NCBI GenBank assembly: GCA_964234715.1
Contig: OZ174281.1
Source of the DNA: Podarcis melisellensis
Lineage: Eukaryota
DNA length: 64,000 nt
Reading direction: 5' to 3' (one strand)
A program made the translations under genes and the position numbers. Under the pieces are notes generated by a model. The model saw only the letters and a program-made list of their open reading frames with translations. It did no database searches and had not been told where the DNA came from. Below are positions 40,053 through 52,203 of this stretch, piece after piece; within the stretch, counting starts at the first letter, position 1, and every line of letters begins with the position of its first letter.

Positions 40053-41036
40053 GATGCCTCAGGTTATATTTCAACAGCTCCTACATGTTCTTTCGTCACG
40101 TCCATCAACAGAGATGTTCTGGAGTATTGTGGTCATGATGCTTTCTTCATTCTTAAAAACCCTCCAAATGCAATTTAGGGGATCTGACCTCCCAAAGATT
40201 TTATTTATATTTAAAAGCACCTGTGAGGTGAGAGGGACTCTTAAGTAACTTTCTTTTTAACCATTTCTTCTGTAAGGTATTCCTTCTAAATCTAAATCCT
40301 TCTCCTCCAAAGCTGATTCTAGCCCTGCTGAGAACCATAGAAGAACTTATTTGCTTGTTTTACCTCAAACAAAAGAAACTACTGATTCATTTAAATGGGG
40401 GAAATGGTTCTGGAGTGTGTGTGGAGAGGAGGGTGAGTTAAGCACTCCTCATTCAGAGTACCATCTGGTTGCTGGAATTCTTCACCAGCTTCTGATCAGA
40501 GTTGGAGCACTCCACAACTTCCTTAAAATAGAAAAATGAAAATGTTTGTAGGGCTGATCAGGTATTTCTTGTAGCAGTTCAACCCTGGTTCACCACTGCA
40601 ATCTTGAGGCAAGATTTTTTTTTTAATGGCAAAATTAAAAGAGAGAAAATATATGAATGGTTTAGAGCAGGGGCCTCCTGTATTGAACCAGCTCAAACAT
40701 GACAGGAAATAATAATTTCCCACCATGTGAATGAGCAACGATGAACCTCAGCTTCACACAGTCTCCCCTGTCCTTGCACTTGCAAGGAGGGTATCAGAAG
40801 CTTTGGCTTCAGTTTTTATACAAGCTGTGCTTTGCCGTGGCATCTGAACTTTGGAAACTGCTTACACTTGTGAGGAAATCCAGGATCAAACTGTGGTTTC
40901 TTCTGATCTCCATGAGCACAAAATGAAGAGAAGAGGGGAGTGTGTAAGCCCCCAGACTCATCAAGGTTCATCAAGAATATTTTCCTTTGCATCTGAACCA
41001 GGACTCTGTTTATCACATAGTTTTTTTCCTCAATTA

Positions 41037-41287
41037 CAGTCATACCTTGGTTCTCGAACGCCTTGGTACGCGTACGGTTTGGCTCCCGAACACCGCAAAC
41101 TTAGAAGTACATGTTCTGGTTTGCGAACATTCTTTGGAAGCCGAGTGTCCGACGTGGCTTCTGCGGCTTCCAATTGAATGCAGGAAGCTCCTGCAGCCAA
41201 TTGGAAGCCACACCTTGGTTTTCAAATGTTTTCAGAAGTCAAATGGACTTCCGGAACGGATTCCGTTTGAGAACCAAGGTACAACTG
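41037..41287. mobile_element. Tc1/mariner (Tigger-like) MITE, complete
   Basis: TIRs CAGTCATACCTTGGTTCTCGAACG / CGTTTGAGAACCAAGGTACAACTG with TA on both sides. Confidence 0.88.
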
Positions 41288-41468
41288 TAGTTCTGAATGA
41301 GTCACAAGTACTAATAAATAGTAATAGAAGCATAGAATGAGTTAAAGCAAATATTAGTTTATGCTGCTCAGCTTCATACCTGTTTATTCTGCTTTATAAA
41401 AACATATAATTCTCAATAAATGTTTAAGCATTCTATGTTCATGTACATCTTGATGTTTGTTTCAGCAG

Positions 41469-41747
41469 AGCCAAGCTGTGGAACCAGAGCCATTCTCAAG
41501 TCAGGAATCAAACATCATCCTTGAACAAAAGGCACCCATTTTCACACAGCAGTATGCATCTCAGGCTCAAATGGCCCAAGGCAACTACACACCAATGCAG
41601 GACCCGAACTTTCACCCAATGGCGCAGCGACCAGGCTATGCATCACTGCGAATGCAGCCTAGGGCTGCCCTGAGGCCTGCTGGCATAGTGCAAAACCAGC
41701 CAAATCAGCTAAGGCTACAGCTGCAGCATAGACTTCAAGCACAGCAG
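41469..41747 (+). CDS. NCOA2: NCOA2 coding exon (Gln-rich region; alternative start at 41466)
   Basis: ttcagcag|AGC CAA ... CAG CAG|gtatt. Encodes [15 protein letters not shown]...[13 protein letters not shown]. Confidence 0.95.
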
Positions 41748-41792
41748 GTATTTCATGCTTTTATCCTCTCTGTTGATGCTTTTACCAGCATG

Positions 41793-41985
41793 CATAGAAT
41801 CATAGAATTGTAGAGTTCGAAGGTTCCCCAAGGGTCATCTAGTCCAACCCCCTGCAATGCAGGAATCTCAACGTAAAGCATCCATGACAGATGGCCATCC
41901 AGCCTCTGCTTAAGAACCTCCAATGAAGGGGAGTCCACCATTGTCAGGGGGAGAACATTCAATCTCAAACAGCTCTTACCATAAA
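41793..41985 (-). mobile_element. CR1 LINE 3' end
   Basis: Minus-strand translation VDSPSLEVLKQRLDGHL (CR1 ORF2 C-terminus) and (ATTCTATG)n tail. Confidence 0.85.
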
Positions 41986-42103
41986 AAAGTTCTTCCTCAA
42001 GAAGCACAGTATCGTAAAACTAAAGCTTGCCATCAAAGCAGAATTATTTCTTATGCTGCCTTATATGACTGATTTATTTATTCTGTTTTTCCCCTTGCCC
42101 TAG

Positions 42104-42181
42104 AATCGCCAGCCACTCATGAATCAGATCAGCAATGTTTCCAATATGAATCTGTCTCTGAGACCTGGAGTACCTACACAG
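42104..42181 (+). CDS. NCOA2: NCOA2 coding exon
   Basis: cctag|AAT ... ACA CAG|gtgag. Encodes [26 protein letters not shown]. Confidence 0.94.
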
Positions 42182-42596
42182 GTGAGGGAACAGGTATTGA
42201 AAATGTTTCTATTCTGACGTACCCAATTGATCCCTGTACTTATCATCTTATCAGCAGGTCCCTTCTGTACAACATTGGTATTATTATTATTATTATTAAT
42301 ACTACTACTACTACTACATTTCTATACTGTCCTTCATTCAAAGATCACAGAACAGTTTAAAATAAGGCCTTTGGATTCCCTCCCATGAAACATTAGGCAC
42401 CATCTCTTTTATCCTTTTGGTGCAACAAGCCTTTTAAAGACGAGATCTTTCACAGTCTGCCTCTGTGTTTAGCAACTTTAATTGTTCTGTCATTTGTATG
42501 CTCCTTTTAAGAGGAAGGGCAGGAAATGAATTTAATAAATAAATAAAATGTTCTATAAAACTTAGTAGTCCATGATTTTTACTATATTATACTGAT

Positions 42597-42660
42597 CCAT
42601 GAAGGGGTGCCTGGCGTGCTCTGGTCCATGGGGTCACGAAGAGTCGGAAACTAAACAACA
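42597..42660 (+). mobile_element. RTE-BovB-like 3' end fragment
   Basis: GCCTGGCGTGCTCTGGTCCATGGGGTCACGAAGAGTCGGA plus (CAA)n; possible ACTGAT TSD. Confidence 0.65.
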
Positions 42661-43865
42661 ACTGATGTTACCGATGTTGCAGTCTCCGTCACTGTACACA
42701 TTGCCGTTGTGCAGCTCTCTTTCCTTGCTTTTGGTGAAATGACTAATTCCATCTCGAAGAATATTATAGTCACAGTTTAATCTGTGGAGCAGGAAATTGT
42801 GAAGCTCTTTCATGCTGTACCAGAAGCTGTATGTGTATGCTTCTGGAGAGGCAGAGAATTTCTCTGTGTTCCCTAATCAGGCCATACGCAAACTGACCAC
42901 AGACCATGCAGTGAAACCTGCAACTCTTGTTGCATATTAATTTATCCTGAAGAATAAGAGGTGGCCAATGTGGTTCCCTCCAGGTATTGTTGGGCTAGAC
43001 ATTTTTAAATGAATCCAAATATTCTAAGCAGGGATGACATCGTTTTCTCTGAGTTTTAAAACTTGTTTCATGATATCTGAAACAGCTTGAAATGGTGGAA
43101 AGCTTTCAGGATCTTGCAAGAGGTTTTATGCTTTTTGTCAGAAAGGCGCCGCTTATGAATATTTTTAACTTGAGAAAGAAAGCGTGAGAGCTATTTTAAA
43201 TTTTATTCAAATCAGCATAGCTTGCTTTATTCAATTTACAGATGTGAGAAGTGCACATTCTGATTTTAGGCTGTGGTGTGGATGAGTAAATTTAGATTCT
43301 GGACTTAATTGTATTACAGGGTTCACGATTTTTTGATGGTAATATGTTTACTCCCCGTACTAGAAAATGTAGCTATCCTGCCCTGCTGTTTCAGGGGCTC
43401 TCCTTCTCTCTCTGCTGTGTACAAGCTGGACTTCTGCTCAAAATTCGGGCCTTCGGCAACACCGAATTTAGACATCACTTAGAAAAATTGCCTTATTCTA
43501 GGAATTCATATCAGTCACCTATGGTAATCTGTGTATCTGTTTTAGAATTTATCACCCCAGAATGAGACATCATAGGCCAGCTGAAGAGCACATTTATATG
43601 CCGCATGCAAAAGTTGCCGCTTCAGTCCTTTGCATTTCTAGTTAAAACTGTGCCTGAGTCCTAATCCAAGTAGACAGTAGTGAGCTAGGTAGATAAATAA
43701 TCTGCCTGGCCTGGTATTAAACAGCTTCATATGTTACATGCAAGAAAGGTAGCTCTTCACCTGATTATTGTAAAGTTGCCAGGGTTTTGTTTTTTTTAGT
43801 AGCCAGGCTGATGGAAATGCCTTGCTAATCATATGTGTTGATGCAGTTTTTTGCTTGCCCTGCAG

Positions 43866-44094
43866 GGACCCATCAATTCCCAGATGCTAGCCCAGAGGCA
43901 GAGGGAGATACTGAGCCAGCACCTGAGGCATAGGCAGATGCAGCAGCAAGTGCAGCAGCGAACGCTGATGATGCGAGGACAGAGTATGAATATGACGCCG
44001 AGTATGGTGGCCTCCGGTGGCATACCAGCAACAATGAGCAACCCGCGGATTCCCCAGGCAAATGCCCAGCAATTTCCATTTCCTCCAAACTATG
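43866..44094 (+). CDS. NCOA2: NCOA2 coding exon
   Basis: tgcag|GGA ... TAT G|gtatt. Encodes [24 protein letters not shown]...[11 protein letters not shown]. Confidence 0.95.
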
Positions 44095-44603
44095 GTATTG
44101 CATTTATTTCAACCCCTTTCATCCATCACAATAGTCTCAACTCCTGGATCACAGCTCCTTTCCTACAGTTCTTTATATGGCTCCCAGATGAGACACACTA
44201 TCTGGAATCTGGAGATACTGGGAATTGGGTCAGGGGGGGGTTATGGTAGCATTTGAACTTGTTGGGATTCTCAAAATGCAATACAGTATGTTTCTGGTTT
44301 ATTACAAAACTACCCCAAAAAACCCATTAGTTTTGCTAAAAAGTCGTATATCACAAAACAAAGTAAACTGTGAACTTTATCCCATTTCTTTGGTACCTCA
44401 AAAAAAAGATGATGATATTAGTCTTCAACAGAATTTTTTTCACTGTAGCTTATGGTAGCCTTGTTTTGTCCTTGTCCAAAAAAGTCCCCTCGAAATAGAT
44501 TCCATTACTGCTGTGCTCCTAGTGAAGGCCATTCCAAGCCATTCCATACTTCTGGCTGAATTGTCGTGTGTAGCATAAGTAAGAATCCTGTTGTGTTTTC
44601 CAG

Positions 44604-44781
44604 GAATAAATCAGCAGGCCGATCCAGGCTTCACTGGGGCTACCACTCCCCAAAGTCCGCTGATGTCCCCAAGAATGGCTCATACCCAGAGTCCCATGAT
44701 ACAGCAGTCTCAGGCCAATCCTGCCTACCAATCCTCTACGGAGATGAATGGATGGGCACAAGGGAATATGGGTGGAAACAG
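44604..44781 (+). CDS. NCOA2: NCOA2 coding exon (AD2 region)
   Basis: tccag|GA ATA ... AAC AG|gtagg. Encodes [24 protein letters not shown]...[10 protein letters not shown]. Confidence 0.95.
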
Positions 44782-45047
44782 GTAGGTTTGCAACTGGGGT
44801 ATGACTCACAGTATGTCAGTTTGGGCCGTTGTCACATAGCTCATTCACGCATTTTTTCAGCAATCATCCTGTTGAACCTGGCCACTCACAGATCACAGCA
44901 GTGTTGCAGACTGACACCAGAATCATCATTGGAAAAAGAGAGTGAAATATAACATGTGACTTTTATACACCAGGCCATGTCATATGAATTGTACATTCTC
45001 TAATGGAGCTATAGGGACATATCCAGCACTGCACAGTAGTAGCAGTA

Positions 45048-45345
45048 GTTGTTATTAAATTTGTATACTGTCCTTCACCCGCAGATCTCAGGGCAGTTCA
45101 CAACATAAAATTACAATATAAAAACCACAAAATACATAGTAAAATAAGGACAACAAACCAAGAATCCTCCTTCCCACAACACATTTAAAAGGGCATCAGA
45201 TGTCAGTCAGCCAAAGGTCTGGTTGGAGAGAAACATTATTGCCTGGTGCCTAAAGGTATATCATGAAGACGTCAGCCGGAATTCCCTAGGGACAGCAGGG
45301 AGCCATTGCAGAAAAGGCCCGTTCTTGCATTGGCACCCTCTAGAC
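45048..45345 (-). mobile_element. L2-type LINE 3' fragment
   Basis: Same tail motif as at 2851, continuing into degenerate body (GCCTGGTGCCTAAAG, GCAGAAAAGGCCC). Confidence 0.6.
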
Positions 45346-46383
45346 CACTTATGCAATGGGATTTCCCCTTTCTGTCCACTCTCTGCATTCCCCCTACTTC
45401 TGGTTAGGGTGGGGTGGTCTTCCTGAAGCAGATTTTGATGTTGCATGGTTGGTCTGCAGTGGGGAAGAAGAGGAATTTATATTACACAAGTGGAAGTCCT
45501 GTTGCTCAAGCAGAACAACTGACTAGTTTACACTTTTTTCTTATGGGGCCTCTCATTACTAAGTAGGAATTTCCATGTCACCCAGTTTTCAAAAAGATCA
45601 AGTAACTACAAAAACATGCGAATTTCTGATTAGAGTTTTATTTGCATGTTTGTAAAACCAATCCATAATAAAATATATGTGATGTGTATTATCAGCCACG
45701 GGCTAAAAATAAAAATCACAGTTCAATCCTTGTATATCCAATCAGAAGTCAGTCCTATTAAATTCATTGGAACTTATTTCCAGGTAGTCGTGAATAGGAA
45801 TGAAGCAAAATTTTTGAAATGATAATTATTTATTTGTAAATTATGACTTGAAATCATCCCAGACTGCTTTTTCTTCAGTTTTCTAGGATCCTGTCTGTTA
45901 CAAAGACAGTGGACTAACTAAACTACTTAGCCTTGCAGGGCTTTAAATTTTCTGCCTACTGACAAATAATTAGATAGATATATACACACACATCTAGGTC
46001 ACTGCATTGGTTTCTCTTGAATGAGCACGACAACTATGTTTAGATGGCCCTAAGGTTAGCTCAGAATATTTTAAGTGTCTTTGCATCTTGATGTTAAAAG
46101 ATAAGCAGGAAAAGTTTCTTTTTCGATTTACTCTTTTAAAGATGCTATAGGTCTATTTAACACATATATTATTTTGGCAAATTGTGGGGAGAATTTTTGC
46201 AGACCTAATCATCACATTACTTACAAGCTGAGAAAGAAATGCATGCTTTGTGCACTGATAATCAGACTCCATTTATTGAAGGCGTTCCCACATGCACTAA
46301 CCCTCTGCGGAGTTCAGGAATGTTCAAGGCCCGAAGGATGAACATCTTGATTCTGACGTGTTGGTGTGTATTTCATCCTGCAG

Positions 46384-46582
46384 CATGTTTTCACAACAAT
46401 CTCCACCACACTTCGGGCAGCAAGCAAACACCAGCATGTACAATAACAACATGAACATCAATGTATCCATGGTGACCAACACAAGCGGTATGAACAACAT
46501 GAACCAGATGACAGGACAGATCAGCATGACCTCAGCAACCTCTGTGCCTACATCAGGGTTGTCCTCCATGGGTCCTGAGCAG
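46384..46582 (+). CDS. NCOA2: NCOA2 coding exon (AD2 region)
   Basis: tgcag|C ATG ... GAG CAG|gtgag. Encodes [19 protein letters not shown]...GLSSMGPEQ. Confidence 0.95.
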
Positions 46583-46855
46583 GTGAGAATTCTCTGCCTG
46601 GTGAAATTTGTAACCAGTAGTTGATTTAATACAGCTTTTTCCAACATAAACTACCAATTTTAACATTTGCTCTGGAGACACTCCCCCTCTCAATGTAACC
46701 AACTCAAAATAGTGCAAGTCAGCAAAAAGTGCGTAAGAATGGCAGTGTAAAGAAGGGAGAAAAGTGGAGGTGAGCACATGGCACAACACCTTTTATGACA
46801 TGGGCCGCCTCATTCACTCTGCTCTCTTGTTTTGTTTTTGCTTTTTTGGCTAGAA

Positions 46856-46857
<2 letters not shown>

Positions 46858-46900
<43 letters not shown>
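46858..46900. repeat. (GT)n microsatellite
   Basis: About 21 units, ending about 80 nt upstream of the penultimate exon. Confidence 0.95.
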
Positions 46901-46904
<4 letters not shown>

Positions 46905-46982
46905 CATGCAGTGTTGTGGTTTATTCAAAGATGCTTTCTATTTCCCCCAGTGACTTACAAACGGGTCTTCTCCCTGCCGTAG

Positions 46983-47072
46983 GTTAATGATCCTGCTATG
47001 AGAGGAGGCAATCTTTTTCCAAACCAGCTACCTGGAATGGATATGATAAAGCAGGAGGGAGATGCATCACGG
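46983..47072 (+). CDS. NCOA2: NCOA2 penultimate coding exon
   Basis: cgtag|GTT ... TCA CGG|gtaag. Encodes [30 protein letters not shown]. Confidence 0.94.
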
Positions 47073-47654
47073 GTAAGACGGGTTCACATTTTACCTTGAA
47101 TCTTTTAAGGAATAGATGCAATTTTCTCCAGTTGCAAGTAATATGATTCTTCCTAAGTGAACTTCTTAGAAAGCTATTCTGGCAAATTCATTCTCAAAAC
47201 GAGTCAAATGCGCCTCTTGTATGGCGCACATATATGTGCTGAGGCTTCTCTCCAAAGCTGTCCCTGTGCAAGTTGAACATACTCCCTTTCCCTGCCCCTA
47301 CAGCCTCCCCACACCCCTTCAGAATTTGCTCTGCAGGTTTAGACCTTTTGGAGCACATTTCAGGGCAGCTGCAAGGGGAAAGAGAAGGTGACATTGTGTT
47401 GTGCAAGTGGGATTCCACCCAGGCAACACTGGATTCCACCAACAATCATGCTTTTAACACCAGATCAGCAAAACGCTTAAAGACAGAAGTGTCCAAAAGC
47501 AGGCAAAAGTCTAAAGTCCATTTCTTTAGCAATCTGTGTTTATGTTTGACTCCCTTTTAATCATTCTTCTTTCAAAGTACCTTATGTCATATATTGACCT
47601 GAACGATCTCGTTTGCTCTTGTTTGAAGTACCCAGAAGAGTTAAATAAATAAAT

Positions 47655-48453
47655 TATTATTATTATTTATTTATACCCTGCCCATCTGGCTGGGTTTCCC
47701 CAGCCAATCTGGGCAGCTTCCAACAAAAGATTAAAATACAATAATTCATCAAATATTAAAAACTTCCCTAAACAGGGCTGCCTTCAGATGTCTTCTAAAA
47801 GTCAGTTGTTTATTTCTTTGACATCTGATGGGAGGGTGTTCCACAGGGCGGGCGCCACTAATGAGAAGGTCCTCTGCCTGGTTCCCTGTAACTTTGCTTC
47901 TCGCAATGAGGGAACAGCCAGAAGGCCCTCGGAGCTGGACCTCAGTGTCCGGGCAGAACAATGGGGGTGGAGACACTCCTTCGGGTATACTGGGCAGAGA
48001 CAGTTTAGGGCTTTAAAGGTCAGCACCAACACTTGGAATTGTGCTTGGAAATGTACTGGGAGCCAATGTAGGTCTTTCAGGACTGGTGTTATGTGGTGTC
48101 AGCGGCCACTCCCAGTCACCAGTCTAGCTGCCGCATTCTGGATTAGTTGTAGTTTCTGGGTCACCTTCAAAGGTAGCCCCACACAGAGCGCATTGCAGTA
48201 GTCCAAGCGGGAGATAACTAGAGCATGCACCACTCTGGCGAGACAGTCCACAGACAGGTAGGGTCTCAGCCTGCGTACCAGATGGAGCTGGTAGACAGCT
48301 GCCCTGGACACAGAATTGACCTGCGCCTCCATGGACAGCTGTGAGTCCAAAATGACTCCCAGGCTGCGCATCTGGTCCTTCACGGGCACAGTTACCCCAA
48401 TCAGGACCAGGGAATCCTCCACACCCGCCCGCCCCTTGTCCCCCAAGAACAGT
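47655..48453 (-). mobile_element. L2 LINE, 5'-truncated (ORF2 C-terminal region)
   Basis: Minus-strand LGVILDSQLSMEAQV...HALVISRLDYCNALCVGLPLKVTQKLQLIQNAAARLV and APALWNTLP; TAA/TAAA tail. Confidence 0.92.
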
Positions 48454-48509
48454 ACATGCTCAGTTAAGCATTGCTATTAATGCCTCTTTTTCCTTTTTTG
48501 GTCTTCTAG

Positions 48510-48521
48510 AAATATTGCTGA
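48510..48521 (+). CDS. NCOA2: NCOA2 terminal coding segment (KYC*)
   Basis: Polypyrimidine tract, then ttctag|AAA TAT TGC TGA, matching the NCOA2 C-terminus RKYC. Confidence 0.92.
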   Translation, partial: KYC

Positions 48522-51036
48522 CCCTGAAGATTGCTAATTTCTTCAACTGACTGGGTTCCCCAGCCCAGACTTCTTACCAGTTTGAAGAGCTGCATATGTT
48601 TGGTTTTGCCCCAACTGTTCTGCCAGTCGGTTCTGCTGGAGAAAGTAGAGTTTAGTGCTGCAAACGGAACAACGCCACTTGAGTGGAATCAAAACCATTG
48701 TTGGTGGAGGAGCAGCCTCTTCTTTGACAGTCTGAAGCTAGCGTACAGACAGTTGCTCAGTCTGTTCACTGCATTCACCTTAGTGCAACTTAGATCTCTC
48801 CTGCAAAGTAAATGTTGATAGCCAGTTTTCATAAACCGTGTCAGATTGAATGTATTTAAATGTATGTATTTAAGGAAAACCAACCATGCTCTCATTCTGT
48901 TCTGTTTGTAGATTTAGATCTTTATCTCTTTCTGTTTTCCTTCGCTACACAGTCTGGTGCAAAGGATTCTGTTCCATCTGGAAATAAGTGGGTTAATATT
49001 AAAACCTCCACTTTAGGAGGTGGGGCGTTAGCTGGATTACGACTCTCATAGTGCTAAATGACAAAATGTGGAGAATAGACATCTAACTAACTGTCTTGGG
49101 GAAAAGGCATCTAGTTGACTAGACATCCCATGCTAGAAAACAAAACCAGTCCGTTTTGAATAGGTTTACATTTGTAAACAGGTTAAAATATCCTGTGAGA
49201 GGGCTGTTTTTAAAGTTCTTTTGGTTACTTTGAACGAAATCATGAGTCAAACCAATTTAAGTTCCCATTCAATTGATTTCAGCATCCTAAAAAATTAACT
49301 AAAGTTAGCATCCCTTTTCTCCTGCCTTCAGTTGCCCTTTCTCTGTTTCTTTTCTTACAGGGTGGAGAAATGAATAACCCTCATTGTATCCCTAGGTTTG
49401 TTACCTGAGTTCTAGGTTGCAGGTAACTAGTTGCTGAATAATCATTTTAAATAAGGGTGCATCTTTTGGTGATGGAAGTGGCAGGATTGAGGCATAAAAA
49501 AAATCAGAACTTAAAGGCATCTGATGTAAATGATAAAACTTAATTCTCCCCCCATCTCCACAACTGGGGAAAATAATGACTTAAGCTATGGCAGATATCA
49601 CTACAGAGTTAACCATCATGTGTTCTAATTATTTTGAAGCAGCGGGGACTGAGGACATTTTGTAAGGTACATAAAAACCAGTTTCTATGTAAACAAGCAA
49701 TAATTTAAGTTGAAGACTTTAGTGTTTTAATTGTATAATTTTGTGAGGTATACATGTTGTGGAGTTGATTTCCAAATGAGGTACTTCAGTATTAAATTAG
49801 ATATCTTCATAGCTATGTGTGTCTCCTGGGGAAAAAGTGTTTTGTAAAGGATCACAATGCCTTGATTAGACCTAATTTGTAGGCTTGAAACTTCATTTTC
49901 TAAACCTTGCGATTCTGCTCATAAAGTCATTTATCTAACCTTATATTATATGCAGCCACTGTAGGAGCCAATTCTTGACTTTTTTGTATGTTTATATTCT
50001 TTCTTAATGAATCTTAGAAAAACTGTTGTTCAGCAGGCCACTGCTTAAGGTGGTTTTACTCTTACCTGCTATGGTTCCAGTAATGTTTTAGTATAAGCTG
50101 GCATCAGTTTCTGTGGACTTAAAATACCAGGAAGCTGGTTGTTTTCGACCTCCTGTTTCTCTCTTCCCCACAATCCACACACTTTCATACCTGGACTCAA
50201 AATTTTGGATGTTACTTAAAATGCAATGCATTTTATATTATCTCAATCATCATTCATGTATTTGGGAGAAGGTTAACCTTGAAATCTTGTTTGCTTGTGA
50301 TGAGGGTTAAAATATACAAAGAATCTGACTTTCATAGAGTGCTAAGACAAAAAATAAGTTAAGGAATATATGGAATTCATTTCAGACCATTTGTTTCCTG
50401 TTGAGTGGCTCTCCTGTTACACTGGGAGAAACTGCACTTCTGAGCACTCACCCACCACTTTGTCGGTTAAACTCAAAAGTAGCTATTCAGACAACTGAGC
50501 CATCTGGTGGAAATCTATGATACGTCAGCCCTGAGCTCCATAACATTAAGAAAAGTTTTTTAATATTAATAGTAAAATTATGCCTGGATTAAAATTTGAT
50601 CATTTTTAACCTCTAGGTTTTAGATTAAATATTTTACCTTTGAAATATTCTCTCTCAAAACATTTTTAATTTTAAAAAGTAGGCAAATAAGTAATTTTTA
50701 ACTTGAGCCAGTTCAGAATATTTCTTCGTCTGCCCATATTTAGTCGAATTTTACGATAAGTGGTTATATCCGTCAGAAAATTTATTGGGGTCAATGAACT
50801 GAAAACAATGAGTAGGCATTTTCTGGTTGTGTTAATCATGCTAGAGACAAAGGTAACCATGCCAAATTAATTTCTTTTTTATAATCAGTGTTTCTAATTC
50901 CATACACAGTAAAATTGATAGAGATAGCAATTGGATTTTATGCTGGAACATAATCAGTGTTCTCTTATAACAAGTGTGAAGGACTTAAGAGGTCTTAATT
51001 TTTTTAAAAAAATACACATATATAACCACATGACAT

Positions 51037-51094
51037 AGGGGGTTGGAGTAGATGTCCCTTGATGGTCCCCCCCCCCAACTCTACAATTATATGA
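51037..51094 (+). mobile_element. CR1/SINE tail fragment within the 3' UTR
   Basis: GGGGGTTGGAGTAGATG...CCAACTCTACAATTATATGA. Confidence 0.55.
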
Positions 51095-51561
51095 AAGCTC
51101 CATTCAACCAAATTCAGGTAAACTGCTATCAGTGAAGTTGATATTTTTCAACATCTAACAGTCAATCAAAGATTTTTTTAAAAATGGGTGCCCCACCAGT
51201 CCATTAGTCTATATTATCTGAAAGCAATGTTTTTGCCATTTATATAAAGCATTTTTAATCTCTGTGGGTTTTCTTTCTTTCTTTTTTTACAAAAAGGAGT
51301 TCATATGGGCTTAACACATGAAAAAGGTGGTTCAGCTCTACTTGCAAAACCCAAAGATACACAATCAGTTTTGAAATGCAACTTAAGCCATTAATTGTTG
51401 GTGTGAATTTAAAGTTTTCTAGTATTTGTATGGTAGTATTGCTACCTAAGAGCAAAAGCATTCTCTGCACAAAAGAAAATTACTGTAGTGGCTTTGGTTT
51501 TTAATTAGAATTTTCTCCCTGGTGTTTCTTTGTAGACTAAAACAAAATCTTTTTAGTTTCT

Positions 51562-51709
51562 NNNNNNNNNNNNNNNNNNNNNNNNNNNNNNNNNNNNNNN
51601 NNNNNNNNNNNNNNNNNNNNNNNNNNNNNNNNNNNNNNNNNNNNNNNNNNNNNNNNNNNNNNNNNNNNNNNNNNNNNNNNNNNNNNNNNNNNNNNNNNNN
51701 NNNNNNNNN
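51562..51709. other. Assembly gap (148 N)
   Basis: Run of N. Confidence 1.
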
Positions 51710-51946
51710 CATCATCACTTAGCTTTCAGTCGTTGAATAGAGATGATGGACACATTTCTTCAAGCATTGATTCTTATTTTTTTCCTTTGTCATTTGTGGG
51801 TTTTATTTGTACAGTTCCTCATGAAGTTGCATCTGAGATGTGTATGAGTGTGTGTATATGAAAAGATTATACGAGGGTAAAACTAAGCAATATATAAACT
51901 ATGGTTCTTCAGGAGAAAGCTTACAGTGTTTTCAGGTTGTGATTTA

Positions 51947-52203
51947 NNNNNNNNNNNNNNNNNNNNNNNNNNNNNNNNNNNNNNNNNNNNNNNNNNNNNN
52001 NNNNNNNNNNNNNNNNNNNNNNNNNNNNNNNNNNNNNNNNNNNNNNNNNNNNNNNNNNNNNNNNNNNNNNNNNNNNNNNNNNNNNNNNNNNNNNNNNNNN
52101 NNNNNNNNNNNNNNNNNNNNNNNNNNNNNNNNNNNNNNNNNNNNNNNNNNNNNNNNNNNNNNNNNNNNNNNNNNNNNNNNNNNNNNNNNNNNNNNNNNNN
52201 NNN
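51947..52203. other. Assembly gap (257 N)
   Basis: Run of N. Confidence 1.

Larger units (their letters stand above)
48522..51946 (+). other. NCOA2: NCOA2 3' UTR (3' end uncertain, interrupted by gaps)
   Basis: Follows the stop codon; AT-rich and repeat-poor, with several miRNA seed matches. I saw no canonical AATAAA before the second gap. Confidence 0.7.
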
